A DNA stretch of 63,375 bases, filler included, from Octopus bimaculoides (GCF_001194135.2; 7 parts of 6 records of this genome joined end to end with filler, not necessarily neighbours in it), one strand, 5' to 3'. Shown: positions 40,215 through 53,841, counted from the first letter of the whole stretch. A program made the numbers and translations. The notes: generated from the sequence alone by a model not told the origin.

Positions 40215-40648
40215 TTGCATATTTTGGCACATGGCCAGCAATTTCGTGGAAGGAGATAAGTCGATTACACAGACCTCAGTATTTAACTAGTAGTTATTTT
40301 ATCGGAGCAGATAGGAAAAAAAAAACAAAGTCGACCTCGGTGGAATTTGAACTCAGAACATAAAAACGGACGAAATGCCGCTAAACATGCTAACGATTCG
40401 GCCAGCTCACCACCTTATTTTCGTATAAATATCCTTTCTACTATTGACACAAGACCTGAAATCTTAGGGGAGGGAGATAGTTAATTACATCGACTCCAAT
40501 GCTCAACTGGTACTTATTTCATTGACTCCGAAAGAAGTAAAACAAAGTCGACCTCGACGGAGTTTGAACTCAAAAGGTAAAAAAAGCAGTGGAAATGCCG
40601 CTAAGCATTTTGCCCGGCGTGCTAACGTCTCGGCTAGCTGGCCACCTT
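40215..40648 (-). mobile_element. Two tandem SINE family A copies
   Basis: AAAGTCGACCTCG..GGA-TTTGAACTCA seen twice (about 40325 and 40545). Confidence 0.8.
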
Positions 40649-41104
40649 GTTTTTTCGTAAATATTGGTTATATCAATTGTTGTTGTTAAGTCCAATGTCA
40701 ATCTTGATCAAAGAAAATATGGACCCATCTCAACTCTACCACACCATTTTTTGGACGGGAAGATGTAACACTATATAAACCGTGCTACTCTTATATAAGA
40801 TGGTAGCGTTGTGATTTGAAAGAGATTTAACGACAGACTCTTGCACGCGCTGCCACAGTGTAAAGGCTCCTTTGTTTGGTACATAGTACTGAAGAGTAAA
40901 ACGCTGGATTTTTGTAAGTCAATAAATGCCATTCGAGTTATTGAGTGTTAGAAACTAATGCCAACATGTGAACGGAAAAACTGCCGGACTGCCGGACTGC
41001 CGGACTGCCGGAATCTCAAAGCTGAGGAATTTACCTCGTAGATAGATATTTATATTTTTTTCCTTTAAGGATATTACATTCCACAGTTGGACACCATTTA
41101 ATCT

Positions 41105-41346
41105 TTAATCTTTTACTTGTTTCAGTCATTTGACTGAGGCCATGCTGAGGCAGTGCCTTGAAGGGTTTTAGACAAATACATCGACACCCAGGACTTTTTT
41201 CTTTTTTTTAAGCCTGATACTTGTTTTATCGAACTCTTTTTGCTGAAGCGCTAGCTTACCGGGACGTAAATACCGGTTGTCAAGCGGTAGCGGGGGACAA
41301 ACACAGACACTAAATTCACACACACACACACATATTAACATACATT

Positions 41347-41398
<52 letters not shown>

Positions 41399-41535
41399 TA
41401 TACCACGGGCTTCTTTCAGTTTCCGTCTACCAAATCCACTCACAAGGCCTTGGTCGGCCCGTGGCGATAGTAGAAAACATTTACCCAAGATGCTACGCAG
41501 TGCAACTGAACCCAGAACCGTGTAGATAGGAAGCA
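41105..41535 (-). mobile_element. SINE family B
   Basis: TTTTACTTGTTTCAGTCA tail, internal CA/TA tract, head motifs. Confidence 0.8.
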
Positions 41536-42675
41536 TGCGCCACTTTCCTGTATTTTCATACGTTGTTCCTCCATCTTATTTCATGTCAGTTTCCATCGCA
41601 CACATTCAGTCCTCCTACAAAGGTAATTTGTATAAACAAGTTTCATTTATCTGTGGTGCTCAGTTTCTTGCTAAATGGTCCGCTCTCCTCCAATTTGGTT
41701 TTGCTATTTCTTAAAGTATATCTCTAACTGTGAACCTTCTTATTTTTTACATAATTTTTTATACGAAACAACAGCATCTTCAAGAATTGCAATATAAACT
41801 ACACGAATAAATCATCTAGACCCAACATAGGTCCTATAAAAGACTCAAAATAAGAGCACAGCACTGATCAAGTAGTATACTATCGTGAGAATATTTAACT
41901 TGGGAAAGGATGTTAAACAACAGTTACTAGGTAGGCGAGCCAAAAGCGAACGGCTAGTATTTAACGGAATCGAGAAGGTCTCATTAGTCTGGGTAGACAA
42001 CTTCCGAAAACAAAACAAAATGATAAATGTACCACGCTGACGTATCACCATACGGTTCTCTTCACATTGGTTTAGCTTTCGAATTAAGCCCCCCCCCCCC
42101 GCTGGCCAGGTGAACAGACCAGCATTACCCCGATCAGAAGAGTAGTGCATTACAGAGCTACTCATGTACAGCTGAGTAGGCTTGAACCAGGTGAGATGAA
42201 CACAACGCGCAGTTCGGCCCGGAAGCGAATCCACGATCTAGTGATCGTTGGTGCAACNNNNNNNNNNNNNNNNNNNNNNNNNNNNNNNNNNNNNNNNNNN
42301 NNNNNNNNNNNNNNNNNNNNNNNNNNNNNNNNNNNNNNNNNNNNNNNNNNNNNNNNNNNNNNNNNNNNNNNNNNNNNNNNNNNNNNNNNNNNNNNNNNNN
42401 NNNNNNNNNNNNNNNNNNNNNNNNNNNNNNNNNNNNNNNNNNNNNNNNNNNNNNNNNNNNNNNNNNNNNNNNNNNNNNNNNNNNNNNNNNNNNNNNTATG
42501 TATGTGTATTAACAAAACTGTCCGATGGACGGGAACGTGAAACTCAGAGTAACGGTTTTTTTGTTATATTTCTGCTGCTTTTAAATAAAGTATATATATA
42601 TATATATATATATATATGTGATAATAATTTCTTAAGTAACCGTAAGATGAATTTGGTATTAATCTTCATTTTGTA

Positions 42676-42844
42676 CAACGGTCTTTCGACTCATCCTGCT
42701 ACTGTTTCTTATGAGTTGGACTCCGTTCAGTATGTTGTGATGCATCAATTTTGCAGTCCGGGTCTCATCAGATACAGCCATACTTAAAGTTGTGTCTCGC
42801 GAAAGATTTTGAGTTTTGGCTGTCATGTTCTTATACGACCGTCG
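42676..42844 (-). ncRNA. Candidate extended type III hammerhead ribozyme (one core substitution)
   Basis: Helix III CGACGGTC/GACCGTTG; helix I ATA+CAGCCA/TGGCTG+TAT with a 9-nt bulge; intact CTGATGA (42765-42771); helix II GAC/GTC; intact GAAA (42684-42687); position 16.1 is G instead of U. Confidence 0.5.
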
Positions 42845-43191
42845 AGCTAGCAATGAAACATGGCTACAATTTTCAATTACTATAATTTTTCTATCCCAAC
42901 TAAAACTGCGGAGTTTTTGAAGTAGATCCAACGGAAATATATCCTGACTGCGGATGACACCTTGTAGCCCCAACTATTCCATAAAAATTTCATCACACTA
43001 ATCGATATATACCCATTAGTTCAAAATATCAAAGATATATATTCGATTAGAGGTTGTGTTAACCTCATGAGGAATGGTATCATCCAAAGAAATACTGGTT
43101 CAATACGTAGTATTTGGGGGGAATTAATTTACTTAAAATAATTGCTATATATATATACACATAGTTTATATTCATATAAAGGAAGAAAATG

Positions 43192-43538
43192 GAAATGGGG
43201 ATCGGGAAGTTAATAACTGTTTATTACTAACAACAAATTAATCCTCTCCACTCACAGCTGTTTCAATTAATACTCAGTCAATATTAAGTAAATATCAAAT
43301 TTATATGACCTGAGCATATCTTCAGAGGGGAAAAAATATTCAGTCTGCTGTAATGAATCCATAAACACATATAAGACATCAAAGGATATATTTGTTTCCT
43401 TCTAAAGATATTATGCTCAGGTAATATAAATTTAATATTTACTTAATATTTACTGAGTATTAATTGAAACAGCTGTAAAGGATGATGATTAATTTGCTGT
43501 TAATAATGAACAATTATCAACTTCCCAATCTCCATTTT
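43192..43538. mobile_element. MITE-like palindromic element with about 150-bp imperfect TIRs
   Basis: GAAATGGGGATCGGGAAGTT...CCTGAGCATATCTT inverted at about 43388-43538. Confidence 0.8.
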
Positions 43539-43623
43539 CTTTCTTTTTCTTGTGTGTGTGTGTGTGTGTGTGTGTGTGTNNNNNNNNNNNNNNNNNNNNN
43601 NNNNNNNNNNNNNNNNNNNNNNN

Positions 43624-43635
43624 TTAATTAATTAA
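43624..43635. other. Artificial scaffold linker
   Basis: 44N-TTAATTAATTAA-44N. Confidence 0.95.
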
Positions 43636-44614
43636 NNNNNNNNNNNNNNNNNNNNNNNNNNNNNNNNNNNNNNNNNNNNTATATATATATATATATATAT
43701 GGTCTATGGACATGAATGTGTCTCTTAACATCTGCTGGTGCCTTGCAATCCTTTTGGCAAATGGAACAAGTTGATGACTCAGTTTGCTTGAGTGTTTGTA
43801 GATCATTCACTGAATCTAGGTTCTTTTTGTTTTCCTGAATTCTTCAAGATTCTTCGAGTATCAACTCAAGCCTTATCGACACCCAAATACCATCTACCTC
43901 TCGCTCTCTCTCCCTCTTTCTTTCACTTTCTCTCTGTTTCTCTCGTTCTATATCTATCTATCTATCTATCTACCATTACGCACATACACAAACACTCTCG
44001 TTCAAATATTCTTGATTCATATTGGGTTTTTTTTCTTTCAATTTATTTTTTTTATTTTCATTTCATTCCATTTGAATTTCTTCTTCTTTCTAAAGTAATT
44101 ATTTTGTTCTTCTCCCATAATTCCAAGCAAAGCAATGACTCCAGATTGAGAAACAATTCACTTCCGGTTTCCTTCATATACCTTTCTATATTCTAAAGCG
44201 ATTTGATGAAGAACTCTCGGGAAAGTCTTAGAGAAATCAAGAGAATATGTTTCATGGATAGCTGAACACACACGCACACACACACATTTATATAACGGAA
44301 TGAAAAGCAATATATACATATATATATATATATGATTAAACATACATACCATACACGCACGAACAAACACATACATGCATGCATGCAACTATGTGTGCAT
44401 GTATGTTTGTGAGTATGTATGTACGTTGTGTGTGTGTGTGTGTGTGGTGTGTATGTGTGCGTGTGTGTGCACGCGCACGTGTCTGTGTGACGTAGAAATA
44501 GATATTGAGAATACATAAAAAATATTTTATAGTTTGGTGAAATGAAATATATATAAATCGATAAAAAAATATTTGTAATACTCAGAAGTTTCGCATCTAG
44601 TCATATGTATATAT

Positions 44615-44655
<41 letters not shown>

Positions 44656-45714
44656 CGTACGTGTGTGTGCATATGTGTGTGTAGGTGTATGCATATATAN
44701 NNNNNNNNNNNNNNNNNNNNNNNNNNNNNNNNNNNNNNNNNNNNNNNNNNNNNNNNNNNNNNNNNNNNNNNNNNNNNNNNNNNNNNNNNNNNNNNNNNNN
44801 NNNNNNNNNNNNNNNNNNNNNNNNNNNNNNNNNNNNNNNNNNNNNNNNNNNNNNNNNNNNNNNNNNNNNNNNNNNNNNNNNNNNNNNNNNNNNNNNNNNN
44901 NNNNNNNNNNNNNNNNNNNNNNNNNNNNNNNNNNNNNNNNNNNNNNNNNNNNNNNNNNNNNNNNNNNNNNNNNNNNNNNNNNNNNNNNNNNNNNNNNNNN
45001 NNNNNNNNNNNNNNNNNNNNNNNNNNNNNNNNNNNNNNNNNNNNNNNNNNNNNNNNNNNNNNNNNNNNNNNNNNNNNNNNNNNNNNNNNNNNNNNNNNNN
45101 NNNNNNNNNNNNNNNNNNNNNNNNNNNNNNNNNNNNNNNNNNNNNNNNNNNNNNNNNNNNNNNNNNNNNNNNNNNNNNNNNNNNNNNNNNNNNNNNNNNN
45201 NNNNNNNNNNNNNNNNNNNNNNNNNNNNNNNNNNNNNNNNNNNNNNNNNNNNNNNNNNNNNNNNNNNNNNNNNNNNNNNNNNNNNNNNNNNNNNNNNNNN
45301 NNNNNNNNNNNNNNNNNNNNNNNNNNNNNNNNNNNNNNNNNNNNNNNNNNNNNNNNNNNNNNNNNNNNNNNNNNNNNNNNNNNNNNNNNNNNNNNNNNNN
45401 NNNNNNNNNNNNNNNNNNNNNNNNGGTGATAGTGATGATGATAATAGTGGTGGTGGTGGTGGTCTTTTTTTTTTTGATAGTTGTGATGTGTTAGTGCTGT
45501 TGTGGTGATGGTGACGGGTGATGACGATAGTAGTAGCGCAGTTAGTGGAGATGCACTATTGCGATAGTAGTGATGGTGGTGATGATAGTGGTGGTGGTGG
45601 TAGTAGTAGCGATTGTGGTATTAGCAGTAATAGAAGTATTAGTGATGGTGGTGGTGGTGGTGGTGCACTGAGGATGTCATGTTGTGGTGCTGTTATAGTA
45701 AGGATGTGACCTCG

Positions 45715-46000
45715 AACAAAATGTCTTGCGATATTTAGCTACGACGCTTAACGTTCTGAGTTCAAACTCCGCCAAGATCAACTTTACCTTTTATTCTTCC
45801 AGGGCCGATAAAATAAAGGACCAGCCAAGTAATGAGATCGATGTAATTGACTATCGCCCTTCTCTTATAATTACTGATCTTGTACCAAGATTTAAAACCA
45901 ACAAGCTGCGAGCTGACAGATTCGTTAGCGCGTCGAACAAAATGATTCGAGGTATTTCTCCCGGTGTTTTACGTTCTGAATTCAAATTCCGCCGAGGTCT
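45715..46000 (+). mobile_element. SINE family A plus a second head fragment
   Basis: B-box motifs at about 45760 and 45980; core at about 45800. Confidence 0.7.
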
Positions 46001-46839
46001 ATTGGATGCGTGCATTTTGGAGTAGTTATCTCCTCTTCGACATCAGAGGCTGGACAGGGTGGCGCTGCGAACTGAGACGAGAGACTGTATCTCTCTTATG
46101 AGATTCCTGTCATCATGCAATAGCTGGTTGTGCTATTCGGCGACTCACTTTAAATAAAAATAAGGATTGGCTGTGCTAAGCTGTGATATGTATAAATACA
46201 AACTTGTTACCTCTTCAAATATGCTCGAGGCATATTCGAACCCGAGAGAAAGGCCCGAGTTAGCTCACAACGTTTCGTAACCCAGCTATTGGATGCATTT
46301 CGGAGTGGTTATCTCCTCTTCAGTAACAGAAACTAGTTGATGGACCCAGGGCGTGTGTGATTATGCGAGTGGATGTGTATAGGTGTGCGTTTTTATGTGT
46401 GTGTTGGGGATGGTGGGAGGAAGAGAAAAAAACAGAATGAGAAAGTATGTTTAATGATTAAAGTATAAAACAAACAAGAGAGTAGAAAGAGAGGGAGGAA
46501 AAAGGTGATTATTATTATTATTATAAAAGAGGGGGTGCAATCAGAGAAAAGAGACAGTGAGATAAAGAAGCTTATTGTAAGAGGGGAAGGGGTTGAAATA
46601 GAGAGAGATTAAGAATTAATAGCGAGAGTGTAAGAGATAAAAACAAGAAATACAGAGTTGTTTTTTGTGAGAAAAGAGGGGGTGGGAATTGGTGTGGGGT
46701 GGGGAATAAATCGAGGGAAAATGGACGAATAAATTATTCTTTTACACATATCAACCAACACGTGTATGGATATGTATGTATATATATACGCATGTATCGA
46801 TAGATATTATGTATGTATGTATGTATGTATATATATATG

Positions 46840-46870
<31 letters not shown>

Positions 46871-46879
46871 ATATATATG

Positions 46880-46910
<31 letters not shown>

Positions 46911-48045
46911 ATATATATATGTTCATCCGCCCTTTGACAGGTCTTATTTTTCGTCCTGCAGGGTGTCCAACAACACCCTCCTCACCAAGCAAGCCTGGTG
47001 GGGTTGCCAGTTTAGTCGCCGACGACCCGACCATGCAACAGGTTGTACTGGATTACATGTTACCAGTAGCACTGAAGAGCGACCTGACACACCTGATTAT
47101 ATGTCTGTGCACACGTTTGANNNNNNNNNNNNNNNNNNNNNNNNNNNNNNNNNNNNNNNNNNNNNNNNNNNNNNNNNNNNNNNNNNNNNNNNNNNNNNNN
47201 NNNNNNNNNNNNNNNNNNNNNNNNNNNNNNNNNNNNNNNNNNNNNNNNNNNNNNNNNNNNNNNNNNNNNNNNNNNNNNNNNNNNNNNNNNNNNNNNNNNN
47301 NNNNNNNNNNNNNNNNNNNNNNNNNNNNNNNNNNNNNNNNNNNNNNNNNNNNNNNNNNNNNNNNNNNNNNNNNNNNNNNNNNNNNNNNNNNNNNNNNNNN
47401 NNNNNNNNNNNNNNNNNNNNNNNNNNNNNNNNNNNNNNNNNNNNNNNNNNNNNNNNNNNNNNNNNNNNNNNNNNNNNNNNNNNNNNNNNNNNNNNNNNNN
47501 NNNNNNNNNNNNNNNNNNNNNNNNNNNNNNNNNNNNNNNNNNNNNNNNNNNNNNNNNNNNNNNNNNNNNNNNNNNNNNNNNNNNNNNNNNNNNNNNNNNN
47601 NNNNNNNNNNNNNNNNNNNNNNNNNNNNNNNNNNNNNNNNNNNNNNNNNNNNNNNNNNNNNNNNNNNNNNNNNNNNNNNNNNNNNNNNNNNNNNNNNNNN
47701 NNNNNNNNNNNNNNNNNNNNNNNNNNNNNNNNNNNNNNNNNNNNNNNNNNNNNNNNNNNNNNNNNNNNNNNNNNNNNNNNNNNNNNNNNNNNNNNNNNNN
47801 NNNNNNNNNNNNNNNNNNNNNNNNNNNNNNNNNNNNNNNNNNNNNNNNNNNNNNNNNNNNNNNNNNNNNNNNNNNNNNNNNNNNNNNNNNNNNNNNNNNN
47901 NNNNNNNNNNNNNNNNNNNNNNNNNNNNNNNNNNNNNNNNNNNNNNNNNNNNNNNNNNNNNNNNNNNNNNNNNNNNNNNNNNNNNNNNNNNNNNNNNNNN
48001 NNNNNNNNNNNNNNNNNNNNNNNNNNNNNNNNNNNNNNNNNNNNN

Positions 48046-48115
<70 letters not shown>

Positions 48116-49101
48116 AAGTTTTTTACGATGTCTGAAGCTAACGTTGATAACTAATGATATTAATGGAAATGATTGTGCTTACATTATAAAATATATATGC
48201 ATACATTACTGATATATATGCACATACACGCACACACACATATGTATGTATGTGTGTTATACACACGTACATGTGTAGCTATGTGTATATATTTACAGAG
48301 GTAATAAATACAAATGTACTTAGCATCGAGACATCTTAATTCAACTATCGAAAATACCCGATAAAAATAATATTGAAGCATTAAATTAGTTAGAGCTATG
48401 ACAACATCTATGAGAATAAATCGGAACAGAAATTGAAGAACTTTGAATATACCATACAGAGTAGATATGTGTTTCTTTCCTTTATTGCCAAACATAACGA
48501 TTTAAATGTCTCTATATTTGTTAAGTTTGTTTCGTCAGCCATTTTTGAGTGAGACAGAACAGCAACCAAATATTGTGAAGCAAATTTGTGGTATTAACAC
48601 GAACTCTCTCACTGGACGGATGGTTCGAGAAATTACGATATAGGATTCACTAAATAGTCCAGATTTGTATGTCGTAACAATGGAATAAATAGATACAGGC
48701 ATAAAATGATTGTCTTGGATTAAACTTATATGTCAGATATTGCTTAGTGTAATCATGAGATTTGTGAATTAATAAAACTGTATGCCACGTTGAATCTGGG
48801 GAGAACCATATTGTCTTAACACCTTATTATCTAACGCACTGTTGTAACATAATTTGATAACCAGACAACAGTAATAACATTGTAACGAACTAACAACTCT
48901 CTTAACGAACCAACAACTCTCTTTACGATCCAACAATTCTCTTTACGAACCAACAATCAATATTCCTCGTGAACAAACATATTAAGCGGAACACATACAC
49001 ATACGCAAAGAAACATATATTCATGGTGCCCCAGCATGGCCGCAGCTTCAAGGCTGAAACATATAAAAGAATAAAAGAGTACATACATATGTATGTATGC
49101 A

Positions 49102-49152
<51 letters not shown>

Positions 49153-49959
49153 NNNNNNNNNNNNNNNNNNNNNNNNNNNNNNNNNNNNNNNNNNNNNNNN
49201 NNNNNNNNNNNNNNNNNNNNNNNNNNNNNNNNNNNNNNNNNNNNNNNNNNNNNNNNNNNNNNNNNNNNNNNNNNNNNNNNNNNNNNNNNNNNNNNNNNNN
49301 NNNNNNNNNNNNNNNNNNNNNNNNNNNNNNNNNNNNNNNNNNNNNNNNNNNNNNNNNNNNNNNNNNNNNNNNNNNNNNNNNNNNNNNNNNNNNNNNNNNN
49401 NNNNNNNNNNNNNNNNNNNNNNNNNNNNNNNNNNNNNNNNNNNNNNNNNNNNNNNNNNNNNNNNNNNNNNNNNNNNNNNNNNNNNNNNNNNNNNNNNNNN
49501 NNNNNNNNNNNNNNNNNNNNNNNNNNNNNNNNNNNNNNNNNNNNNNNNNNNNNNNNNNNNNNNNNNNNNNNNNNNNNNNNNNNNNNNNNNNNNNNNNNNN
49601 NNNNNNNNNNNNNNNNNNNNNNNNNNNNNNNNNNNNNNNNNNNNNNNNNNNNNNNNNNNNNNNNNNNNNNNNNNNNNNNNNNNNNNNNNNNNNNNNNNNN
49701 NNNNNNNNNNNNNNNNNNNNNNNNNNNNNNNNNNNNNNNNNNNNNNNNNNNNNNNNNNNNNNNNNNNNNNNNNNNNNNNNNNNNNNNNNNNNNNNNNNNN
49801 NNNNNNNNNNNNNNNNNNNNNNNNNNNNNNNNNNNNNNNNNNNNATATATATGTATATATATTTATATGTCTATATGCCCTCCTACTCAGTGTTCGATTA
49901 GTTATAAACACGGTTCCCATCTGAGACACTTCACGTCGTAACCTCTCGTCTCCTTCCAG

Positions 49960-50076
49960 AAATATAAAGATATTTATTTTAAATCCACCACCGAGGATGA
50001 TATCTCGCCTATTTCTGTCAACGATGATAAATATCCAACGGCGTCTATTGAAGATACCATATATAACGATGCTTAA
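49960..50076 (+). CDS. Possible terminal coding exon of an unidentified gene (KYKDIYFKSTTEDDISPISVNDDKYPTASIEDTIYNDA*)
   Basis: Pyrimidine-rich acceptor CCTCTCGTCTCCTTCCAG then 38 open codons; no homology recognised. Confidence 0.25.
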   Translation, partial: KYKDIYFKSTTEDDISPISVNDDKYPTASIEDTIYNDA

Positions 50077-50341
50077 AACTCGCTGTCACAGTTATATCGA
50101 TCACAGAATCAACTGAAGATGGTGTTTGTAAATATAAGGGTTCCCTGTTGCTATTGTTTAGTTGGGAAAAAAAGGAAACATTGTCATAGAAAAAGCTTTT
50201 AGTGAAGGGGCGTCTGTTGAAATACAGGTAGGAATGTTTTGACTGAGTGGGTACCAAAATTATTTCTTTCAGTCTATCAATCTATCTGCCGATCAAACTG
50301 TCAGTCTATATGTCTAACATCTATCTGTCTATCTATTCATC

Positions 50342-50422
<81 letters not shown>

Positions 50423-50589
50423 ATACATACATGCATATATATATATGGCTATATACACACACATATATATACATATATATATATCCATATATATATCTAC
50501 ATATACACGCGCACACACCTGTCTATCCATCCATCCATCCGTCTATCTACGTATCTATCTATCTATGTATCTACTGTGACGTTGGCAAT

Positions 50590-51310
50590 AAACGACTTTG
50601 GGAATATGTGGCATGAGCAGTATGTGTTGTTGCATTATCGTGTGAGAGAAACATCTTTTTACCATTGACCAATGGTGGCACTTTTTCTGATAATTTTCGA
50701 GCAATGTTTTCAGTTGACAAAAATACTTCGCATTAACTGTTTCGATTTTGGCTTCACACGGTCAGATGTTTTACGAATCTACTGCCCAAGCACAGACACT
50801 TTTCCAATTTTATGATCGAAGTATAACTTGAATTGAACTGTTCTGCTAATCCTCTTGCAGTCTACTTTGAATTTTCGTCAACTTCTGTTTCCAGAATCTC
50901 GCCACTGTAAAATCATAGTCATCCAAATCGAGAGGAAGATGGGAGAGAGAAATTTCTTTCGTTCTGGTCAGATGTTTACGGACCTACTGCCCAAGCTCAG
51001 ACACATTTCCTACCTCATGAAAATATTTTATGAACGAAGTATGACTTGGATTGAACTGTTCTGCTAACTCTTCAGCAGTTTACTTTGAATTTTTCTCAAC
51101 TTCTTATTGCAGAATCTCATTACTGACAGACTCGAAGGGAAGATGCGAGAGACAAATTTCTTAGTTGAAACAGGCCAAGTCTTCGTTGGCATGTCTGGTT
51201 TCTTAAAACTTCATTTTCATAGACAGAACGAATATTTCTTGCAGCTTCCATTGTTGAAGATCTCTCTTTGAATTCATACGCGAACAGTCTATGACACGAG
51301 TGTGATCTAA
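50590..51310 (-). mobile_element. Decayed, internally deleted mariner transposase with a tandem duplication of about 205 bp
   Basis: YEFKERSSTMEAARNIRSVY...TCQRR; LAEQFN.S.TS; IGKVSVLGQ* (WVPHEL region); HDNATTHTA. Confidence 0.8.
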
Positions 51311-51592
51311 GTTCGTTTTAAAACAGTTAATATAAATTAAACTGCAAAGTAAACTGCAAAGAAAGATAAAAATATCAGCAAAAATTAATGCCTATTTTTC
51401 TTAGAGAATTGACAAGACACCATCAGTGATCAGATTAAAAATGCACATATATGTCTATATATATATGTCTGTATATATGTCTATATATGTCTGTATATAT
51501 ATGTGTGTGTGTGTGTATTTTAATAAATATATATATATATATACACATACACACAATACACTTACACACATACAAATATATATGTATGTGTG

Positions 51593-51630
<38 letters not shown>

Positions 51631-51744
51631 GTATGTATATATATATATATATATATTGTTTTGTTAAATTCTCTTAGACAAAAAAGAAGTTAAATAATGT
51701 ACAAAAAATAAAAAAGGGAAATACACACACACACACACATACAT

Positions 51745-51779
<35 letters not shown>

Positions 51780-52444
51780 NNNNNNNNNNNNNNNNNNNNN
51801 NNNNNNNNNNNNNNNNNNNNNNNNNNNNNNNNNNNNNNNNNNNNNNNNNNNNNNNNNNNNNNNNNNNNNNNNNNNNNNNNNNNNNNNNNNNNNNNNNNNN
51901 NNNNNNNNNNNNNNNNNNNNNNNNNNNNNNNNNNNNNNNNNNNNNNNNNNNNNNNNNNNNNNNNNNNNNNNNNNNNNNNNNNNNNNNNNNNNNNNNNNNN
52001 NNNNNNNNNNNNNNNNNNNNNNNNNNNNNNNNNNNNNNNNNNNNNNNNNNNNNNNNNNNNNNNNNNNNNNNNNNNNNNNNNNNNNNNNNNNNNNNNNNNN
52101 NNNNNNNNNNNNNNNNNNNNNNNNNNNNNNNNNNNNNNNNNNNNNNNNNNNNNNNNNNNNNNNNNNNNNNNNNNNNNNNNNNNNNNNNNNNNNNNNNNNN
52201 NNNNNNNNNNNNNNNNNNNNNNNNNNNNNNNNNNNNNNNNNNNNNNNNNNNNNNNNNNNNNNNNNNNNNNNNNNNNNNNNNNNNNNNNNNNNNNNNNNNN
52301 NNNNNNNNNNNNNNNNNNNNNNNNNNNNNNNNNNNNNNNNNNNNNNNNNNNNNNNNNNNNNNNNNNNNNNNNNNNNNNNNNNNNNNNNNNNNNNNNNNNN
52401 NNNNNNNNNNNNNNNNNNNNNNNNTGTGTGTGTGTGTGTGTGTG

Positions 52445-52858
52445 CCTGGTTGTGTGGTTAAGAATCTCGCTTTGCAGCCACGTGATTTCGGGTTCAGTGC
52501 CACCGCACGGTTCATGGGGCAATTGTCTTCAAATAATGCAGTACTTTAAGAGTGAAATTCTTAGATGGAAATAGTGATGGGCTCTGTCGTATGTATGTGT
52601 GAGTGTGTGTGTGCGTATTGTCGTATGTTTGTGTTTATGTGTGTGTGTGTTTGTGTGGATCAGTGTGTCTGTCTTTATGTTCGTGTTTCTCCGAAGTATG
52701 GTTTGACAAACGGTGTTGGTTTGTTTACATACTCTTAACTTAGCAGCTCACCAAAAGTTACCGTTAGAATACGTACCAGACTTTAAAAGAAATAATAAAT
52801 ACTAAACCCCTCAAAACGGTGCCCAAGGAAGGCCACTGGCCAATAATTAAATAAAAGA
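52445..52858 (+). mobile_element. SINE family B, decayed
   Basis: GGTTGTGTGGTTAAG...GGGTTCAGTGCCACCGCACGG head. Confidence 0.7.
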
Positions 52859-53585
52859 TGAAACATGTGTATACATGTGTGTGTATACATATATATATAT
52901 ACACTTATACATACATACATGCACACTTATATCTATATATATATATATCTGTGTGTGTGTGTGTCCTTATGTATATGCGTATATTTATGTATGTATATAT
53001 ACATATGTATATATGTATGTATATACACACTTATATATGTATTATGTTTGTGTATATGCACACACACTTATACGTATGAATTAATGAATAAAAGATTGCT
53101 CGCTTGGGGAGCAAAAAAAATCAGAACAATACGCCGACGGCCATCAATATTTAACCAGTTTGCACGGTTTTCGTTCACGTAATTACAAAATACTTATTAG
53201 TTTATGATTAATGAATGCCGACTGTGTATGTCAATGGTTCCGTACCAAAACATATTTCACTCAATAATGTAGACTTGATTCATTTGGCTGCCTATGCTCG
53301 TCACAGTTCAATTGTTCATTTGTAAAAGCCACCGTACCGTGTCGGAGTAGAATCTTGTCTAGTCTTGTCTGTTGATTCGTACAGGCGCAACTACCTTTAC
53401 TTGGAGAAGTCTTAATTACTCGTTAATACACTCCCCTCACAAAAGTTTCGTGATTTCCTAAACGATGTGGCGTGTTTATACACGGCAAAGAAATAACGAG
53501 GCTGGACAGAGTTAAGAGAACGTATACATTAATGAAAATCATTCGTGCAGCAGTCGTTATCATAATGTTAATATTTAGGAGGAAA

Positions 53586-53803
53586 AAGGCGGCGAGCTGG
53601 CAGAAACGCTAGCACGCTGGGCGAAATGCTCAGCGATATTTGGTCGTCTGTCTTTTATGTTCTGAGCTCAAATTCGACCGAGGTCGACTTTGCCTTTCAT
53701 CCTTTCGGGGTCGATAAATTAAGTACCAGTTGCGTACTGGGGTCGATCTAATCGACTTGTCCCCTACCCACAACTCTGAGGCCTTGTGCCTCCAGTAGAA
53801 AGG

Positions 53804-53841
<38 letters not shown>

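Noticed and set aside
42659-42973. 104-aa minus-strand ORF as an LRR/TIR exon
   Set aside because: No recognisable motif; it overlaps the candidate structured RNA, which explains the region better
46960-47040. Multi-hairpin GC-rich module tested as an HDV-like ribozyme
   Set aside because: Hairpins are real (GGGTGT/ACACCC, CTCACCA/TGGTGGG, GTCG/CGAC), but no P3 closing the TCCTCAC loop and no P1/P2 pseudoknot could be fitted
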